Both the position numbers and the translations under genes were made by a program. A stretch of 64,000 nt of DNA. It comes from Burkholderiales bacterium (lineage in GTDB: Bacteria > Pseudomonadota > Gammaproteobacteria > Burkholderiales > SG8-41). How positions within the stretch are numbered: position 1 is the first letter of the stretch; each line of letters begins with the position of its first letter. Shown here piece after piece: positions 17,859 through 27,839 of the stretch. Where the stretch lies: NCBI GenBank assembly GCA_035649495.1, contig DASRJL010000092.1:3588-67587 (forward strand). Direction: 5' to 3'. A model generated the notes under the pieces. The model did not search any database, had not been told where the DNA came from, and saw only the letters and a program-made list of their open reading frames with translations.

Positions 17859-18530
17859 ATGCCGGACGACACATATTGCCGGTTGTCGGGGCTTTTCGAC
17901 GATCCACGCGTGCACGTCCTGACGTGCACGATCAACGCTGCGGCGGTCGGTCTGCTTTCGGAAAAGGAGACCGCTGCGATGGCGGGTTTCGTTGAAAAAC
18001 GGCGCCGCGAGTACGCTACGGCGCGCGCGCTTGCGCGGGCAGGCCTGGAGCGTTTCTTCGGTGTGCGCGATTTCGACCTGCTGAATGCCGACGATCGGTC
18101 CCCGATCTGGCCGGAAGGAATCTGCGGAAGTATTGCTCACAGCGACACCCGTGCATGGGTCGCGCTCGTCGAAGCGGGCTATGGCACCATAGGTATCGAC
18201 GGAGAAGCGCGCACGGAGCTCGGGCGGGACCTGTGGCGCCTCACCTTGCGGGACGAGGAAAGGGCTGACGTCGAAGCACTTCCTGCGTCGAGCCGGGGCA
18301 GGCGCGCGCTCGCCCTGTTCTCGGCCAAGGAGGCGCTCTACAAGGCGCAGTACCCGCGGTCTGGTTTGTTCATGCAATATATGGCGTTGCGAGTTGAATC
18401 CGATGATGTAGGCGCACTACGCTGCATATTTCAGCAGGATGTCGGTCCGTTCCCCAGGGGTTTCGTCGCGCGCGGACGGAGTCTGGACGGCAACGAACTG
18501 GTTACCGCGGTCTGGATACCTGCGACATGA
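17859..18530 (+). CDS. 4'-phosphopantetheinyl transferase, EntD/Sfp-type
   Basis: RRREYATARALAR, WPEGICGSIAHSD, IGIDGE, and FSAKEALYKA (the W/FSxKEAxxK motif). Start uncertain: the ORF opens at 17799 and overlaps the ACAD stop. Confidence 0.75.
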   Translation: MPDDTYCRLSGLFDDPRVHVLTCTINAAAVGLLSEKETAAMAGFVEKRRREYATARALARAGLERFFGVRDFDLLNADDRSPIWPEGICGSIAHSDTRAWVALVEAGYGTIGIDGEARTELGRDLWRLTLRDEERADVEALPASSRGRRALALFSAKEALYKAQYPRSGLFMQYMALRVESDDVGALRCIFQQDVGPFPRGFVARGRSLDGNELVTAVWIPAT

Positions 18531-18633
18531 CTTTGTCCGTCCCTGACGTCTTCTTCCAGACAATCGCAAGCTGCGAGAGCCCGCGAAGCGAGGGACCGGG
18601 CCGGCGCCATACCAGTGGCCGACTGAGCCTCAA

Positions 18634-19422
18634 GTGAGCGCCACCGGCAGGCGAGATCGTTGGATTTATTGCCGCGTGGCGCGACCGGAGTGCCGGCTTC
18701 GCCTGTTCTGCTTACCGTTCGCCGGCGGTGGGGCGTCTGCCTTCAACGCGTGGCCCGGCGCTTTCCCGGATACGGTCGAACTGCATGCGGTGCAATTGCC
18801 GGGACGTGAGTCGCGGTATGGCGAAGCGTCGTTGAGCGACGTGCACGAGGCGGCCGGACTGATCGCCGACGCCATGCAGCCCTACCTAGACCGCCCGTAC
18901 GTGGTGTATGGGTACAGTATGGGCGCCCTGATCTCGTTCGAGGTGATTCGCGAGCTTCGCGGGCGGGGCGCGCCGCTGCCCGGCGGGCTGTTCGTGGGGG
19001 CGCGGCGTGCCCCGCACCTTGCTGCGAATTCGCGGCCGCTCGCCGAACTGCCGCGCGAGGAGTTTCTCGAGCAGGTGCGCCGCTATTACGATCCGCCGGT
19101 GGCGCTGTGGCAGGACCCGGACCTGCTCGGTCTCATTCTGCCGGTGCTGCGCGCGGACCTGTCCCTGTGCGAGCGTTACGTTTACCGGCCGGGGCCGCCC
19201 TTCGATTTCTGGATTCAAGCTTTTGGCGGATCGCAGGACCGTAGCGCCCCGCTACCGGTGGTGCAGGCGTGGCACGAGCAGACCACGGGAGAGTTCGCGC
19301 TGGAAGCGTTCGAAGGCGCGCACTTTTTCGTCAATACTCATCTGCGGAAAATGCAGCAGATCATGTTCTCCCGGCTCGAACCCTTAATGTCCGGAGCCGC
19401 ATCGTCGTTATTCCGCCGTTGA
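18634..19422 (+). CDS. Type II (discrete) thioesterase
   Basis: RLFCLPFAGGGASAF, nucleophile elbow GYSMGALISFE, and C-terminal GAHFF (GxH). Confidence 0.85.
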   Translation: MSATGRRDRWIYCRVARPECRLRLFCLPFAGGGASAFNAWPGAFPDTVELHAVQLPGRESRYGEASLSDVHEAAGLIADAMQPYLDRPYVVYGYSMGALISFEVIRELRGRGAPLPGGLFVGARRAPHLAANSRPLAELPREEFLEQVRRYYDPPVALWQDPDLLGLILPVLRADLSLCERYVYRPGPPFDFWIQAFGGSQDRSAPLPVVQAWHEQTTGEFALEAFEGAHFFVNTHLRKMQQIMFSRLEPLMSGAASSLFRR

Positions 19423-19514
19423 CGTTCCGGAATAGCATCGCTGCGCGCATGCCGTGCGTAAGAAACGCGGCAGGCCCGGTTGCCGGGCCCTTGTACGGCG
19501 CGCGCTCATAAGCA

Positions 19515-20951
19515 ATGTTCCAGGTCATCGCAAGAAATTTTTCGATCGTTACCGCGGCCCAGTTCATCGGTGCCGGGATCGCGTTTCTGTGGGTCGCGTT
19601 CGCAGCACGGCAACTCGGCCCGGCGCAGTTCGGTACCTTCCTGCTGGTCGTGGCCTACGTGCGCGTCGTCTCCGTGACCATCAACGCGGGGGTCGGGCCA
19701 ATTACCTTTCGCGAGCTGGCGCGCCGGAGGGATGACGCGCTGTCGCTGTTCGAGGACATCGTCTGCATGCGCCTGGTGCTGGGGCTTGCCGGGTACGTCG
19801 GCCTGATGGCCACGCTCTTCCTGTTTCAGCAGGACCTGGATCTGCTGGCGCTGGTGGCCATCTCGGCAATTACGCTTCTGCTCGATCCCCTCAGCGAAAC
19901 CTACGCCGCGTACTACCTGGCGCACGAGCGCGCGGAGGTCCCGAGCATATATACGGTCACTTCCATAGTTCTCTCATCCACGGCGAGCGCCGCGCTCCTG
20001 CTTGCCGGATACGGGCTCATGGCGGTCGTCGTGCTGGAAACCGTGTCTGCCTTCGTGATGACCCTTATCTGGACCAGCCTGTTTCGTGCCCGGAACTTCC
20101 GTTTTTCGATCCGGGCGCGGCCGGCGGAGTGGTGGCGTCTGTTTCTCCTGATTGTCCCGTTTGCTCCGATACACCTCAGCAACCAGCTGAACCGCGCGCT
20201 CAACGTGATTCTGCTTGGCCGCCTGAGCGGGCCGATTCCAATGCAGGAGGCGGTGGGATATTACGGACCCCCGCAGTCTGTCACCAACACCGTTGTGATG
20301 CTGGTCATGACCCTGCGCCGGGTCATGATACCGTCCGTAACCGTGCGGCTGAGCCAGGGACTTACCGTGACGCGCGAGCTGGATCTCGGCGTGAAACTGG
20401 TCATGGCCGTTTTTGCCCTGCCGCTGCTCCTGGGCAGTTCATTCATGGCGCCGGAGGTGATCTCGCTCCTGTTCGGGGAGCACTATGCACCCTCGGCGAT
20501 GGCTCTGGTAATACTCGGATGGGCTGGCGCGTTGCAGATCGCCGCGCTGGTTCCGGAGACGTTCCTCTTCGCTCATCCGAACCACAGATTGCAGGAATAC
20601 GTTGCCGGTGCGTTCGCGTCCGTGCTGCTCAACGCGGCTGTTTGCGTACTCCTTATCGGCGACTACGGTTTTCTCGGCGCTGCAGTCGGAGCGGTAGCTG
20701 GCCGGATCCTGTATCTGGTGTACGTGGTCCACTACTGCCGGCGCCAGTTGGGCGGGCAGGTTCTGCGTGTGCAGACGTTCGGGGACTCGACGCTGCTGCT
20801 GCTCGCCGCGTTCGGTCTGTGGCTCGTGACGTTCCAGGTGATCGGCAACGCCTGGATCGCCGGCGCGGCTGCGATTCTTCTCACGCTGCCGCTCATCGCG
20901 GGATTTGTCCTGTATCTCCGCCCGCAATTCATCGCCCGCCAGCAGGCTTGA
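19515..20951 (+). CDS. MOP-superfamily flippase (Wzx / polysaccharide-biosynthesis-protein family), multi-pass membrane protein
   Basis: 478 aa and almost entirely hydrophobic (about 12-14 predicted helices by eye). The N-terminus NFSIVTAAQFIGAGIAFLWVAFAARQLGPAQFG is typical of oligosaccharide flippases. Confidence 0.7.
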   Translation: MFQVIARNFSIVTAAQFIGAGIAFLWVAFAARQLGPAQFGTFLLVVAYVRVVSVTINAGVGPITFRELARRRDDALSLFEDIVCMRLVLGLAGYVGLMATLFLFQQDLDLLALVAISAITLLLDPLSETYAAYYLAHERAEVPSIYTVTSIVLSSTASAALLLAGYGLMAVVVLETVSAFVMTLIWTSLFRARNFRFSIRARPAEWWRLFLLIVPFAPIHLSNQLNRALNVILLGRLSGPIPMQEAVGYYGPPQSVTNTVVMLVMTLRRVMIPSVTVRLSQGLTVTRELDLGVKLVMAVFALPLLLGSSFMAPEVISLLFGEHYAPSAMALVILGWAGALQIAALVPETFLFAHPNHRLQEYVAGAFASVLLNAAVCVLLIGDYGFLGAAVGAVAGRILYLVYVVHYCRRQLGGQVLRVQTFGDSTLLLLAAFGLWLVTFQVIGNAWIAGAAAILLTLPLIAGFVLYLRPQFIARQQA

Positions 20952-21004
20952 GGTGCGGCGCGCCCTCGGGTCTGTCCCGCAGTAGAGGTTCCCTAGGGTT
21001 GCCG

Positions 21005-21862
21005 TCAGGACGTCGTCGCGGCCGAGGGCGCCGCATCGCGCGTCTGGTAGCCCCGAACGTCCTGCAGACCGCGGATTTCGGGAAAGAACTTGCGCATCAG
21101 ATCGGCGCACCTCGCCTCGACGCGATCCTGCAGATATCGCTCGTCCAGCTTGGAGAGCAGGCCGAATTTCGCTTCGGCCTTGAATTCGTGCGAGCGCCCC
21201 GCATCGAGCGTGTCCGCCGGGACCCCCATGAATTGAGCCAGTCGCGGAATATCGCTACGGATATCCTGCGTGCGCACAACCAGCAGCCGGTCGCTCGGAA
21301 CCATGGAAATAATTCGCGAATTGTGCTCGGTCCAGGCACGGAGCCATGAATCCAGCGGCCACAGGCCGCGCTCGGCGAGGACGCGATCTCCGGCCTGGTG
21401 CGATCCGGGCGAAAGTGAGCTCGCGTACCAGCGGTGAAAAGAAACCATGTAATCGGCGTGGGTCCGGCCAAGCATTTCGTTGAAGATGGAGTCGAGCCAC
21501 GAGTAACAATCTCGAATCGTAAGAACGATCTTCACCCGCGGGAATTCTTCGAGCATCATGTCCGTCAGCAGATAATTGGTCCACGACGAGTTGAGCTCGA
21601 GCCAGAGGTGGCGATCCAGCCGTTGAAGCTGGGCGCGCGCCGCCGTTTCCGAGATCTCCCCTTTCGTGCGCGCCATGATGAGTTCCATGAAGTGTATGCG
21701 CTCCGGCTCGTGCCATACCCGATACCGCTCGAACACGGCTGCAAGGGAGTGCGTACCGGTCTTGGGCATTCCGACGCCATAGGCGTGGAAGCGTCTGGGT
21801 TGGAGATATGGGCGCAGCCAGCTTTTGACGCGGGCCGTGAGATCTTGCTTGAATGTAAGCAT
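21005..21862 (-). CDS. PAPS-dependent sulfotransferase family protein
   Basis: 5'-phosphosulfate-binding loop GMPKTGTHSL near the N-terminus, and a 3'-phosphate-binding-like block VLTIRDCYSWLDS. I chose ATG 21862 (MLTFKQ...); the ORF track extends to 21955. Confidence 0.75.
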   Translation of the reverse strand: MLTFKQDLTARVKSWLRPYLQPRRFHAYGVGMPKTGTHSLAAVFERYRVWHEPERIHFMELIMARTKGEISETAARAQLQRLDRHLWLELNSSWTNYLLTDMMLEEFPRVKIVLTIRDCYSWLDSIFNEMLGRTHADYMVSFHRWYASSLSPGSHQAGDRVLAERGLWPLDSWLRAWTEHNSRIISMVPSDRLLVVRTQDIRSDIPRLAQFMGVPADTLDAGRSHEFKAEAKFGLLSKLDERYLQDRVEARCADLMRKFFPEIRGLQDVRGYQTRDAAPSAATTS

Positions 21863-22696
21863 AGTTGAACAGAAGGGCGGTTTTCTCGGTGGTTGAAATG
21901 TGTCAGTGGGACCGCAGCGTCTCGGCTCACGTGCCAGCCGCATACCGTGTTTCACGCTTCCGGTGCGCTTAGAGCTTGCGGCGAGCTGCGAAGTGGCAAC
22001 TGCTGAACATCATGATTTTCGTTCCTCGCATTTTTACACTATACCCTCCCGTTCGGCTAGAGCCGAAGACGCACACACTGGCCGACTGGGCAATAATTCA
22101 CATGTTCAACGTTGACGCGAATGGTCCCTCAAGGCGAGGGACGCTGCGCTACATTCGAAATTTTCCATGAATCGTGGTAGACCGCGAGAATGGTCGAGAT
22201 GCGCATCGAGCGTTCGCAGGTGCTTGACGCTCGATACCTCACGCCCAGTTCTCTCCCGAAGGGCGAGGGGAGAAGATCGCGAAATGCTTCGTCAAGCATT
22301 TTCACGAATGCTTAATAAAACGCTCCCTACCAGCGATGAGGTGAGCCGCCAGGAATGTCGCGCGAGGCGGGGCCGCTGGCAGTCGTTGCGGCAGAAAGGC
22401 TGAGAGGCGCTACCGCGACTCGATGTGCGCAACAGGACGTGCGGGAGCATAGTGCCACGCGGCAAGTTGACGCGTATGCGATCCATCGGTTTCTACTTCC
22501 CGTCCCGCGCCACCGTGGCGGAGGCCGAGGGTTGTCAGGAAATTTAACGAATCCGCGTGGTCGTTAAATATATGATTTTCTGATTAAATATCCATGACAG
22601 CTGGGCTTATGCAACGGAATGAGTGCCTCCGACTCGAATTATTGTCGAGAAAATTTACACTATTCCAGTAGACGAGCTGGCATACTCACCCAATTG

Positions 22697-22713
22697 ATTG
22701 ATTTATAATCAAT
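22697..22713. promoter_or_regulatory. Perfect inverted repeat ATTGATT-TAT-AATCAAT in an AT-rich intergenic island
   Basis: Read directly from the sequence. It sits 9 bp upstream of the sigma-54-like element and is a candidate protein-binding site. Confidence 0.4.
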
Positions 22714-22721
22714 GTTCTTGA

Positions 22722-22737
22722 AGGCTCGATTCTTGCT
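22722..22737 (+). promoter_or_regulatory. Sigma-54 (-24/-12)-like promoter upstream of the first PEP-CTERM gene
   Basis: AGGCTCGATTCTTGCT compared with the consensus TGGCACG-N4-TTGCW. GG and GC have the correct 10-nt spacing. It lies about 100 nt upstream of ATG 22838. Confidence 0.45.
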
Positions 22738-22837
22738 TGTGTCTGCGGCGAATCCTAGAAACAATCAGTCGAAGAGCTGAGAAAACTGATATCGGCAGGG
22801 CGCGGACAGGCGGATTGAATCCAGGGAGCGCTTGATT

Positions 22838-23608
22838 ATGAAGGGCAATCGTCGGTATTTTGGTTGGGTGGGGGCACTGCTGGCGTTCTTGGTGAGTAGC
22901 GCTGTCGGTGCTGTCCCGTTCAGTGTTACGTTCGACGGATTTACACCGGGCGCAGGTTATGGGACAGAGCCCACTGGGCTCCCCAGCCCCCCAGGTGAAG
23001 TGGTACCGGTTGGTTTCGGGCTTCCAGGAGAAGGGGTAAGTGGTCTGCTCGGCGGACAGGGCGGCACCCTGATCGATATACTTTTCTCTGCTGGAGGAGG
23101 GTCAGCGAGTTTTACCCTGTCCGGCGCAGGATCGTCCCTGGCCATTGGCATTGGCTTCATGACGCTTCGCGAACGTTTTATCGACGCTGCGGAACTCGAT
23201 GGCCTGGGAGTCACGGCAAGTTTCACGTTTGCGCTGCCCGGGGGAGTGGGAACAATCGCGGTCACTGGCAGTGGAACTGCAATAGCCGGTCCCGTGCCGA
23301 ACTACCCCGAACCACCCGGCCCGCCTACTGCAACTGAACCCCTTGGCACTGTCGATCTGACTATCGTGTGGGCACCGGTGGACGTGCCATTCGGCGATGG
23401 CGGCCTATTCCGGATCGAAATGAATACGCTCAACTTCGCAGGGCCGGACGGGTTTGCCAATTTGCTTGAATTTCAGACGCTCGTGCAGAACGCGACAATC
23501 ACGCTCTTGGCCGAGCCCCGCGTGGTGCCCTTGCCCGGCACGCTCGCGCTCCTCGGCCTCGGCCTCGCCGGACTCGGATTCAGCCGCCGCAGCAAACGCG
23601 CGAACTGA
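22838..23608 (+). CDS. PEP-CTERM sorting-domain protein (secreted, Gly/Pro-rich)
   Basis: Signal peptide MKGNRRYFGWVGALLAFLVSSAVGA. The C-terminus VPLPGTLALLGLGLAGLGFSRRSKRAN gives the PEP-CTERM motif, a TM helix and a basic tail. GGGAG RBS lies 9 nt upstream. Confidence 0.85.
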   Translation: MKGNRRYFGWVGALLAFLVSSAVGAVPFSVTFDGFTPGAGYGTEPTGLPSPPGEVVPVGFGLPGEGVSGLLGGQGGTLIDILFSAGGGSASFTLSGAGSSLAIGIGFMTLRERFIDAAELDGLGVTASFTFALPGGVGTIAVTGSGTAIAGPVPNYPEPPGPPTATEPLGTVDLTIVWAPVDVPFGDGGLFRIEMNTLNFAGPDGFANLLEFQTLVQNATITLLAEPRVVPLPGTLALLGLGLAGLGFSRRSKRAN

Positions 23609-23638
23609 AGGTCATTCCGGGCAGGCAGGGCAGCCGAC

Positions 23639-23661
23639 CCCGCTTCGGCGGGTTTTTTTTT
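23639..23661 (+). terminator. Rho-independent terminator after the PEP-CTERM gene
   Basis: CCCGC-TTCG-GCGGG hairpin followed by a run of 9 T. Confidence 0.6.
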
Positions 23662-23695
23662 GGCGCACGCGTGATCGTTTACGCCTTCACCAGCA

Positions 23696-24070
23696 TTACC
23701 AGAACACCCGCTCGACCTCCCACAACACGTTCGGCAGCCGCGGCGGCGCGAGGGCCCACCCGGCGGCCACACCAGCGGCATTAGCCACCATGTCGGCGAC
23801 CTCGAAACTGCGGTCACCGGTCCAGCCCTGGACGAATTCGAGCGCTATGCCCATGACCACGAAGCCGGCGGCGAACATTCCGCGCGGGGAGCGTTCGTTG
23901 TAGAGGTTCGCGAACCAGGCCATCAACGCGGAGTAAGCGAGTACATGCGAAATCTTGTCGCTTTCATCCGCTACAGGATCGATGGGCGCAGGCGCGACCG
24001 ACAGGTAGATCACTACGAGAACCAGCACCCAGCCGGCGACGATCCAAAAACGCCGCAATCGAAGATCCAT
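23696..24070 (-). CDS. VanZ-like family membrane protein
   Basis: 124 aa with four hydrophobic segments. DKISHVLAYSALMAWF and GDRSFEVADMVANAAGV are characteristic of the VanZ family. Confidence 0.65.
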   Translation of the reverse strand: MDLRLRRFWIVAGWVLVLVVIYLSVAPAPIDPVADESDKISHVLAYSALMAWFANLYNERSPRGMFAAGFVVMGIALEFVQGWTGDRSFEVADMVANAAGVAAGWALAPPRLPNVLWEVERVFW

Positions 24071-24080
24071 CTTCCGCCGT

Positions 24081-25991
24081 TCACTCGCGTTCGATCAACC
24101 CGATCCGGACCAGCGCGTCGTACACCTGTTGCGTCGCCTGTTCGACCGAATTGGCCACGGTATCGATCCGGATCTCGGGGTTTTCGGGGGCCTCGTAAGG
24201 CGAGTCGATTCCCGTGAAGTTCTTCAGCTCCCCGCGCCGCGCCTTGTGGTAAAGGCCCTTGGGGTCGCGGTCCTCCGCCACCTCCAGCGGTGTGTCCACG
24301 AAAACCTCGATGAACTCGCCCGGCTTCATCAGTTCACGCGCCATCCTGCGCTCCGCACGAAACGGCGAAATGAACGCGGTAATAACGATAACGCCCGCAT
24401 CGACCATCAGTCTGGCAACCTCGGCGATGCGGCGGATGTTCTCGACGCGGTCAGCCGCAGTAAATCCCAGGTCCTTGTTCAAGCCGTGCCGTACGTTATC
24501 GCCGTCCAGCAGATAGGTCCGCAAGCCGCGCGCATATAGGCGCTTCTCAAGCATGTTGGCGAGCGTCGACTTGCCGGCTCCCGACAAACCGGTCATCCAG
24601 ACGACGCCGCTGCGATGCCCGGCAAGCGCCTGGCGTGCGCTCTTGTCTACCTCGAGCGCCTGCCAGTGAACGTTGTCGGCTCGGCGCAGCGCGAAATGGA
24701 GCATACCCGCGCCGACCGTATCGTTCGTGATCCGGTCGATCAGGATGAAACCGCCCGTTTCGCGGTTTTCCCGGTACGGATCGAACGCGATTGCTCGATC
24801 GAGCTCCAGATTCACCACGCCGATTTCATTCAACTCGAGCTTGCTGGCCGCGACCTTCTCGAGCGTGGTCACGTTTATCTTGTGCTTGAGCGGTGCCACC
24901 GTGGCCATTGCCGTTCTCGCGCCGACCTTCAACAGATAGTTCCGCCCGCGCAGCAGCGGCTGTTCGCTCATCCACACGACCGTGGCTTCGAACTGGTCGG
25001 CAATCGCCGCCGGGGCATCGGCCGCGGAAATCACGTCTCCACGGGAGACGTCGATTTCGTCGGCAAGTGTCAGCGTGATCGCCTGATTGGGGAACGCGGC
25101 CTCCAGATCGCCGTCGGCAGTCACGATACGCGAGATGCTGCTCTCGTGGCCTGACGGCTGAACGCGTATGCGCTGTCCCCGGCGAACGGAGCCGCTCGCG
25201 ATAGTTCCTGCGAAACCACGGAAATTCTGGTCCGGCCGGCTGACCCATTGCACGGGCATGCGGAACGGCGCCTTCTGCAGGCGTTGTTCGTCGATTTCCA
25301 CCGATTCCAGCACGTCCATGATCGTCGGTCCGTGGTACCACGGGGTGCGCGGGCCGGGCGCCATGATGTTGTCGCCATTCACGGCCGATACCGGAACGCA
25401 TGCAATCTCGGTCAGCCCGATCTGCTCCGCGAACGCCCGGTAGTCGCGCTCGATGGTTTCGAATACCTCCCGCGAGTAGCCGACGAGATCCATCTTGTTG
25501 ACCGCAACCACGACGCTGCGGATTCCCAGCAGGGAGACGAGGTAAGTATGGCGCCTCGTCTGGACCAGCACGCCCTTACGGGCGTCGATCAGGATGATCG
25601 CCAGGTCGGCCGTCGAGGCGCCGGTGGCCATGTTGCGCGTGTACTGCTCACGTCCCGGGGTATCGGCGACGATATAGGTGCGCCGATCGGTGGAAAAGTA
25701 TCGGTACGCCACGTCGATGGTAATGCCCTGTTCGCGCTCTGCGGAGAGCCCGTCGAGGAGCAGCGCATAGTCGAGCAATTCACCGCGAGTGCCGACTTTT
25801 TTCGAGTCCGCCTCGAGCGCGGCGAGCTGGTCCTCGAAAAGGGACTTTGATTCGTACAACAGGCGCCCGAGCAGAGTGCTCTTGCCGTCATCGACGCTGC
25901 CGCAGGCGATGAAGCGCAGCAGGTTCTTGCGCTGATGCGCCTGCAAATAACGCCCGATGTCGGTCGCAAGCAGCGTGTTGCCGGTATCCAT
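24081..25991 (-). CDS. cysN: Bifunctional sulfate adenylyltransferase subunit 1 / adenylylsulfate kinase (CysN-CysC fusion, NodQ-like)
   Basis: GTPase motifs [16 protein letters not shown] and NKMD. The C-terminal APS-kinase P-loop is [20 protein letters not shown] 25991 overlaps the cysD stop (ATGA). Confidence 0.9.
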   Translation of the reverse strand: MDTGNTLLATDIGRYLQAHQRKNLLRFIACGSVDDGKSTLLGRLLYESKSLFEDQLAALEADSKKVGTRGELLDYALLLDGLSAEREQGITIDVAYRYFSTDRRTYIVADTPGREQYTRNMATGASTADLAIILIDARKGVLVQTRRHTYLVSLLGIRSVVVAVNKMDLVGYSREVFETIERDYRAFAEQIGLTEIACVPVSAVNGDNIMAPGPRTPWYHGPTIMDVLESVEIDEQRLQKAPFRMPVQWVSRPDQNFRGFAGTIASGSVRRGQRIRVQPSGHESSISRIVTADGDLEAAFPNQAITLTLADEIDVSRGDVISAADAPAAIADQFEATVVWMSEQPLLRGRNYLLKVGARTAMATVAPLKHKINVTTLEKVAASKLELNEIGVVNLELDRAIAFDPYRENRETGGFILIDRITNDTVGAGMLHFALRRADNVHWQALEVDKSARQALAGHRSGVVWMTGLSGAGKSTLANMLEKRLYARGLRTYLLDGDNVRHGLNKDLGFTAADRVENIRRIAEVARLMVDAGVIVITAFISPFRAERRMARELMKPGEFIEVFVDTPLEVAEDRDPKGLYHKARRGELKNFTGIDSPYEAPENPEIRIDTVANSVEQATQQVYDALVRIGLIERE

Positions 25992-26947
25992 CAGAAGTAC
26001 CCCTCTTGCTTCTTCTTTTCCATCGAGGCGGCGCCGTCGTGGTCGATCGCGCGTCCCTGCCGCTCGGAGGTCCTCGCCAGGATCAGCTCGCGTATGATTT
26101 CCAACAGCGTGGCCGCGCTCGACTCCACTGCGCCGGTCAGCGGGTAACATCCCAGGGTGCGAAAGCGCACGGACTTCGACATCGGCCGTTCACCGGGACG
26201 CAGGCGCATGCGGTCATCGTCTACCATCACCAGCATGCCGTCCCGGTCCACGACCGGCCGCTCTTTGGCGAAGTAGAGCGGCACTATCGGTATGTTCTCG
26301 GCGTAGATGTACAGCCACACGTCGAGCTCGGTCCAGTTCGAGATCGGAAAGACGCGCATGCTCTCGCCCTTCCTCTTCCGGGCGTTGTACAGGCGCCAGA
26401 GCTCGGGCCGCTGGTTCTTGGGGTCCCACCGGTGCTGGGCGCTGCGGAAGGAGAAGATCCGCTCCTTGGCGCGCGACTTCTCCTCGTCGCGGCGCGCACC
26501 GCCGAACGCGGCGTCGAAAGCGTGCTGATCGAGCGCCTGGCGCAGCCCCTGCGTCTTCCACATGTCCGTGTGCACCTGGGAGCCGTGATCGAAGGGATTG
26601 ATGTTCAGCGCTTTTGCTTCGGGATTCTGGTGTACGAGAAGCTCGATTCCCGCCTGGCGCGCGGCCCGCTCACGCATGGCGTACATGTCGCGGAACTTCC
26701 AGGTGGTATCCACGTGGAGCAGCGGAAACGGAGGCAGCGCGGGAAAGAATGCCTTGCGCGCAAGGTGCAACATTACAGAGCTGTCCTTGCCGATCGAGTA
26801 CAGCATGACCGGGTTGTCGGTCTCGGCGACCACTTCCCGCATGATGTGGATACTTTCCGCTTCCAGGCGCTGAAGATGCGTAAGGGCGGGGCCGAGGTCT
26901 GTTACGTCGAGTGGCATCAATGCATTCCGGAGGTCACTCGATTGCAT
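25991..26947 (-). CDS. cysD: Sulfate adenylyltransferase subunit 2 (CysD / NodP-like)
   Basis: PAPS-reductase-fold blocks [34 protein letters not shown] and [15 protein letters not shown]. Confidence 0.9.
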   Translation of the reverse strand: MQSSDLRNALMPLDVTDLGPALTHLQRLEAESIHIMREVVAETDNPVMLYSIGKDSSVMLHLARKAFFPALPPFPLLHVDTTWKFRDMYAMRERAARQAGIELLVHQNPEAKALNINPFDHGSQVHTDMWKTQGLRQALDQHAFDAAFGGARRDEEKSRAKERIFSFRSAQHRWDPKNQRPELWRLYNARKRKGESMRVFPISNWTELDVWLYIYAENIPIVPLYFAKERPVVDRDGMLVMVDDDRMRLRPGERPMSKSVRFRTLGCYPLTGAVESSAATLLEIIRELILARTSERQGRAIDHDGAASMEKKKQEGYF

Positions 26948-27088
26948 CGCCGATCGTGGTGCTCCCGGTCATTTCGCAAGCAGGTGATCTCGAACCGGCG
27001 CTCGCACGCGCACAGAATGTCCGACCGGTCAGGAAGATCGGACTCCCGAAAACTCTCCTGCTCGATAACAGGTTGCCGCGTCGAGCCG

Positions 27089-27838
27089 TCACCGATACGA
27101 TGTACTGCTCTGGGAGATATCCGCGGGATAGCGGTCGCTCGCCATCAGCTTCGAATGGTCGTGATGCTGCGCGAACTCCAGCATCTCGGTCAGGAAATTC
27201 TCATACAGCGTGAAAGTGCCGTCGATCAGGCGGATGCCTTTCTCGAGCTCGTCCGCCGTCAACTCGATGACCTCGAGTTTCCTTTCGATGTCGGCCGTGC
27301 CCATGTGATGTCCGGTTTCGCAATCCAGGTGGTGCTGCCCGAAATACAGGTAATCCGGTTGATTGCTCAACTGACGGCTCACTTCCGCTGTTTGCGCGAG
27401 AAACACGCTACCGGTCTTCTCGATCACCTCCACCAGAATCACTTTGCAGATAGGCGAGGCCTGTTTGGCGAGACCTACCATATCGTAGGTCAGCATGCGT
27501 GAACGGATGCCGTGGTCGCTCCAGATGAAATATAGCAATTCGGAGAGAGTCCCAGACTTGTCCATCTGCAGTTTCTTCAAGTCGTTCAGGTACCAGGGCC
27601 AGTGATGGCTGTCCTCGTCGGTGTGGATGTTGACCAAATGCTGATACTGGTCGTTGGAACTCAAATCGCGCAAGACGAACCGGTTGATGTCCATGAACGA
27701 AAAAACGAAATGCGCCATGTACGGTGCAAACACCAGTCGTTGTTTTGCCGGTATGGATTCGTTTTTCAGATAGTCCAACATCGGGTGCCGCGCGAACGCG
27801 GCGCTTTTCCGTTCGATGTAGGCGAGTGCTCTTTTCAT
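27089..27838 (-). CDS. Heme-oxygenase-like fold protein, candidate diiron oxidase/oxygenase (HDO-like); function unknown
   Basis: 249 aa, all-helical by composition. The opening HPMLDYL...FAPYMAHFVFSFMD resembles HO-like families. Two ExxH motifs (EDSHH, ETGHH) plus EVIEKTG resemble carboxylate/His diiron ligands. Lower GC than the PKS. Assigned from motifs only. Confidence 0.45.
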   Translation of the reverse strand: MKRALAYIERKSAAFARHPMLDYLKNESIPAKQRLVFAPYMAHFVFSFMDINRFVLRDLSSNDQYQHLVNIHTDEDSHHWPWYLNDLKKLQMDKSGTLSELLYFIWSDHGIRSRMLTYDMVGLAKQASPICKVILVEVIEKTGSVFLAQTAEVSRQLSNQPDYLYFGQHHLDCETGHHMGTADIERKLEVIELTADELEKGIRLIDGTFTLYENFLTEMLEFAQHHDHSKLMASDRYPADISQSSTSYR

Positions 27839-27839
27839 G

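Noticed and set aside
22676-22692. TGGCATACTCACCCAA as a possible sigma-54 promoter
   Set aside because: It has the -24 TGGCA element but no GC at the -12 position. The better candidate is at 22722-22737.
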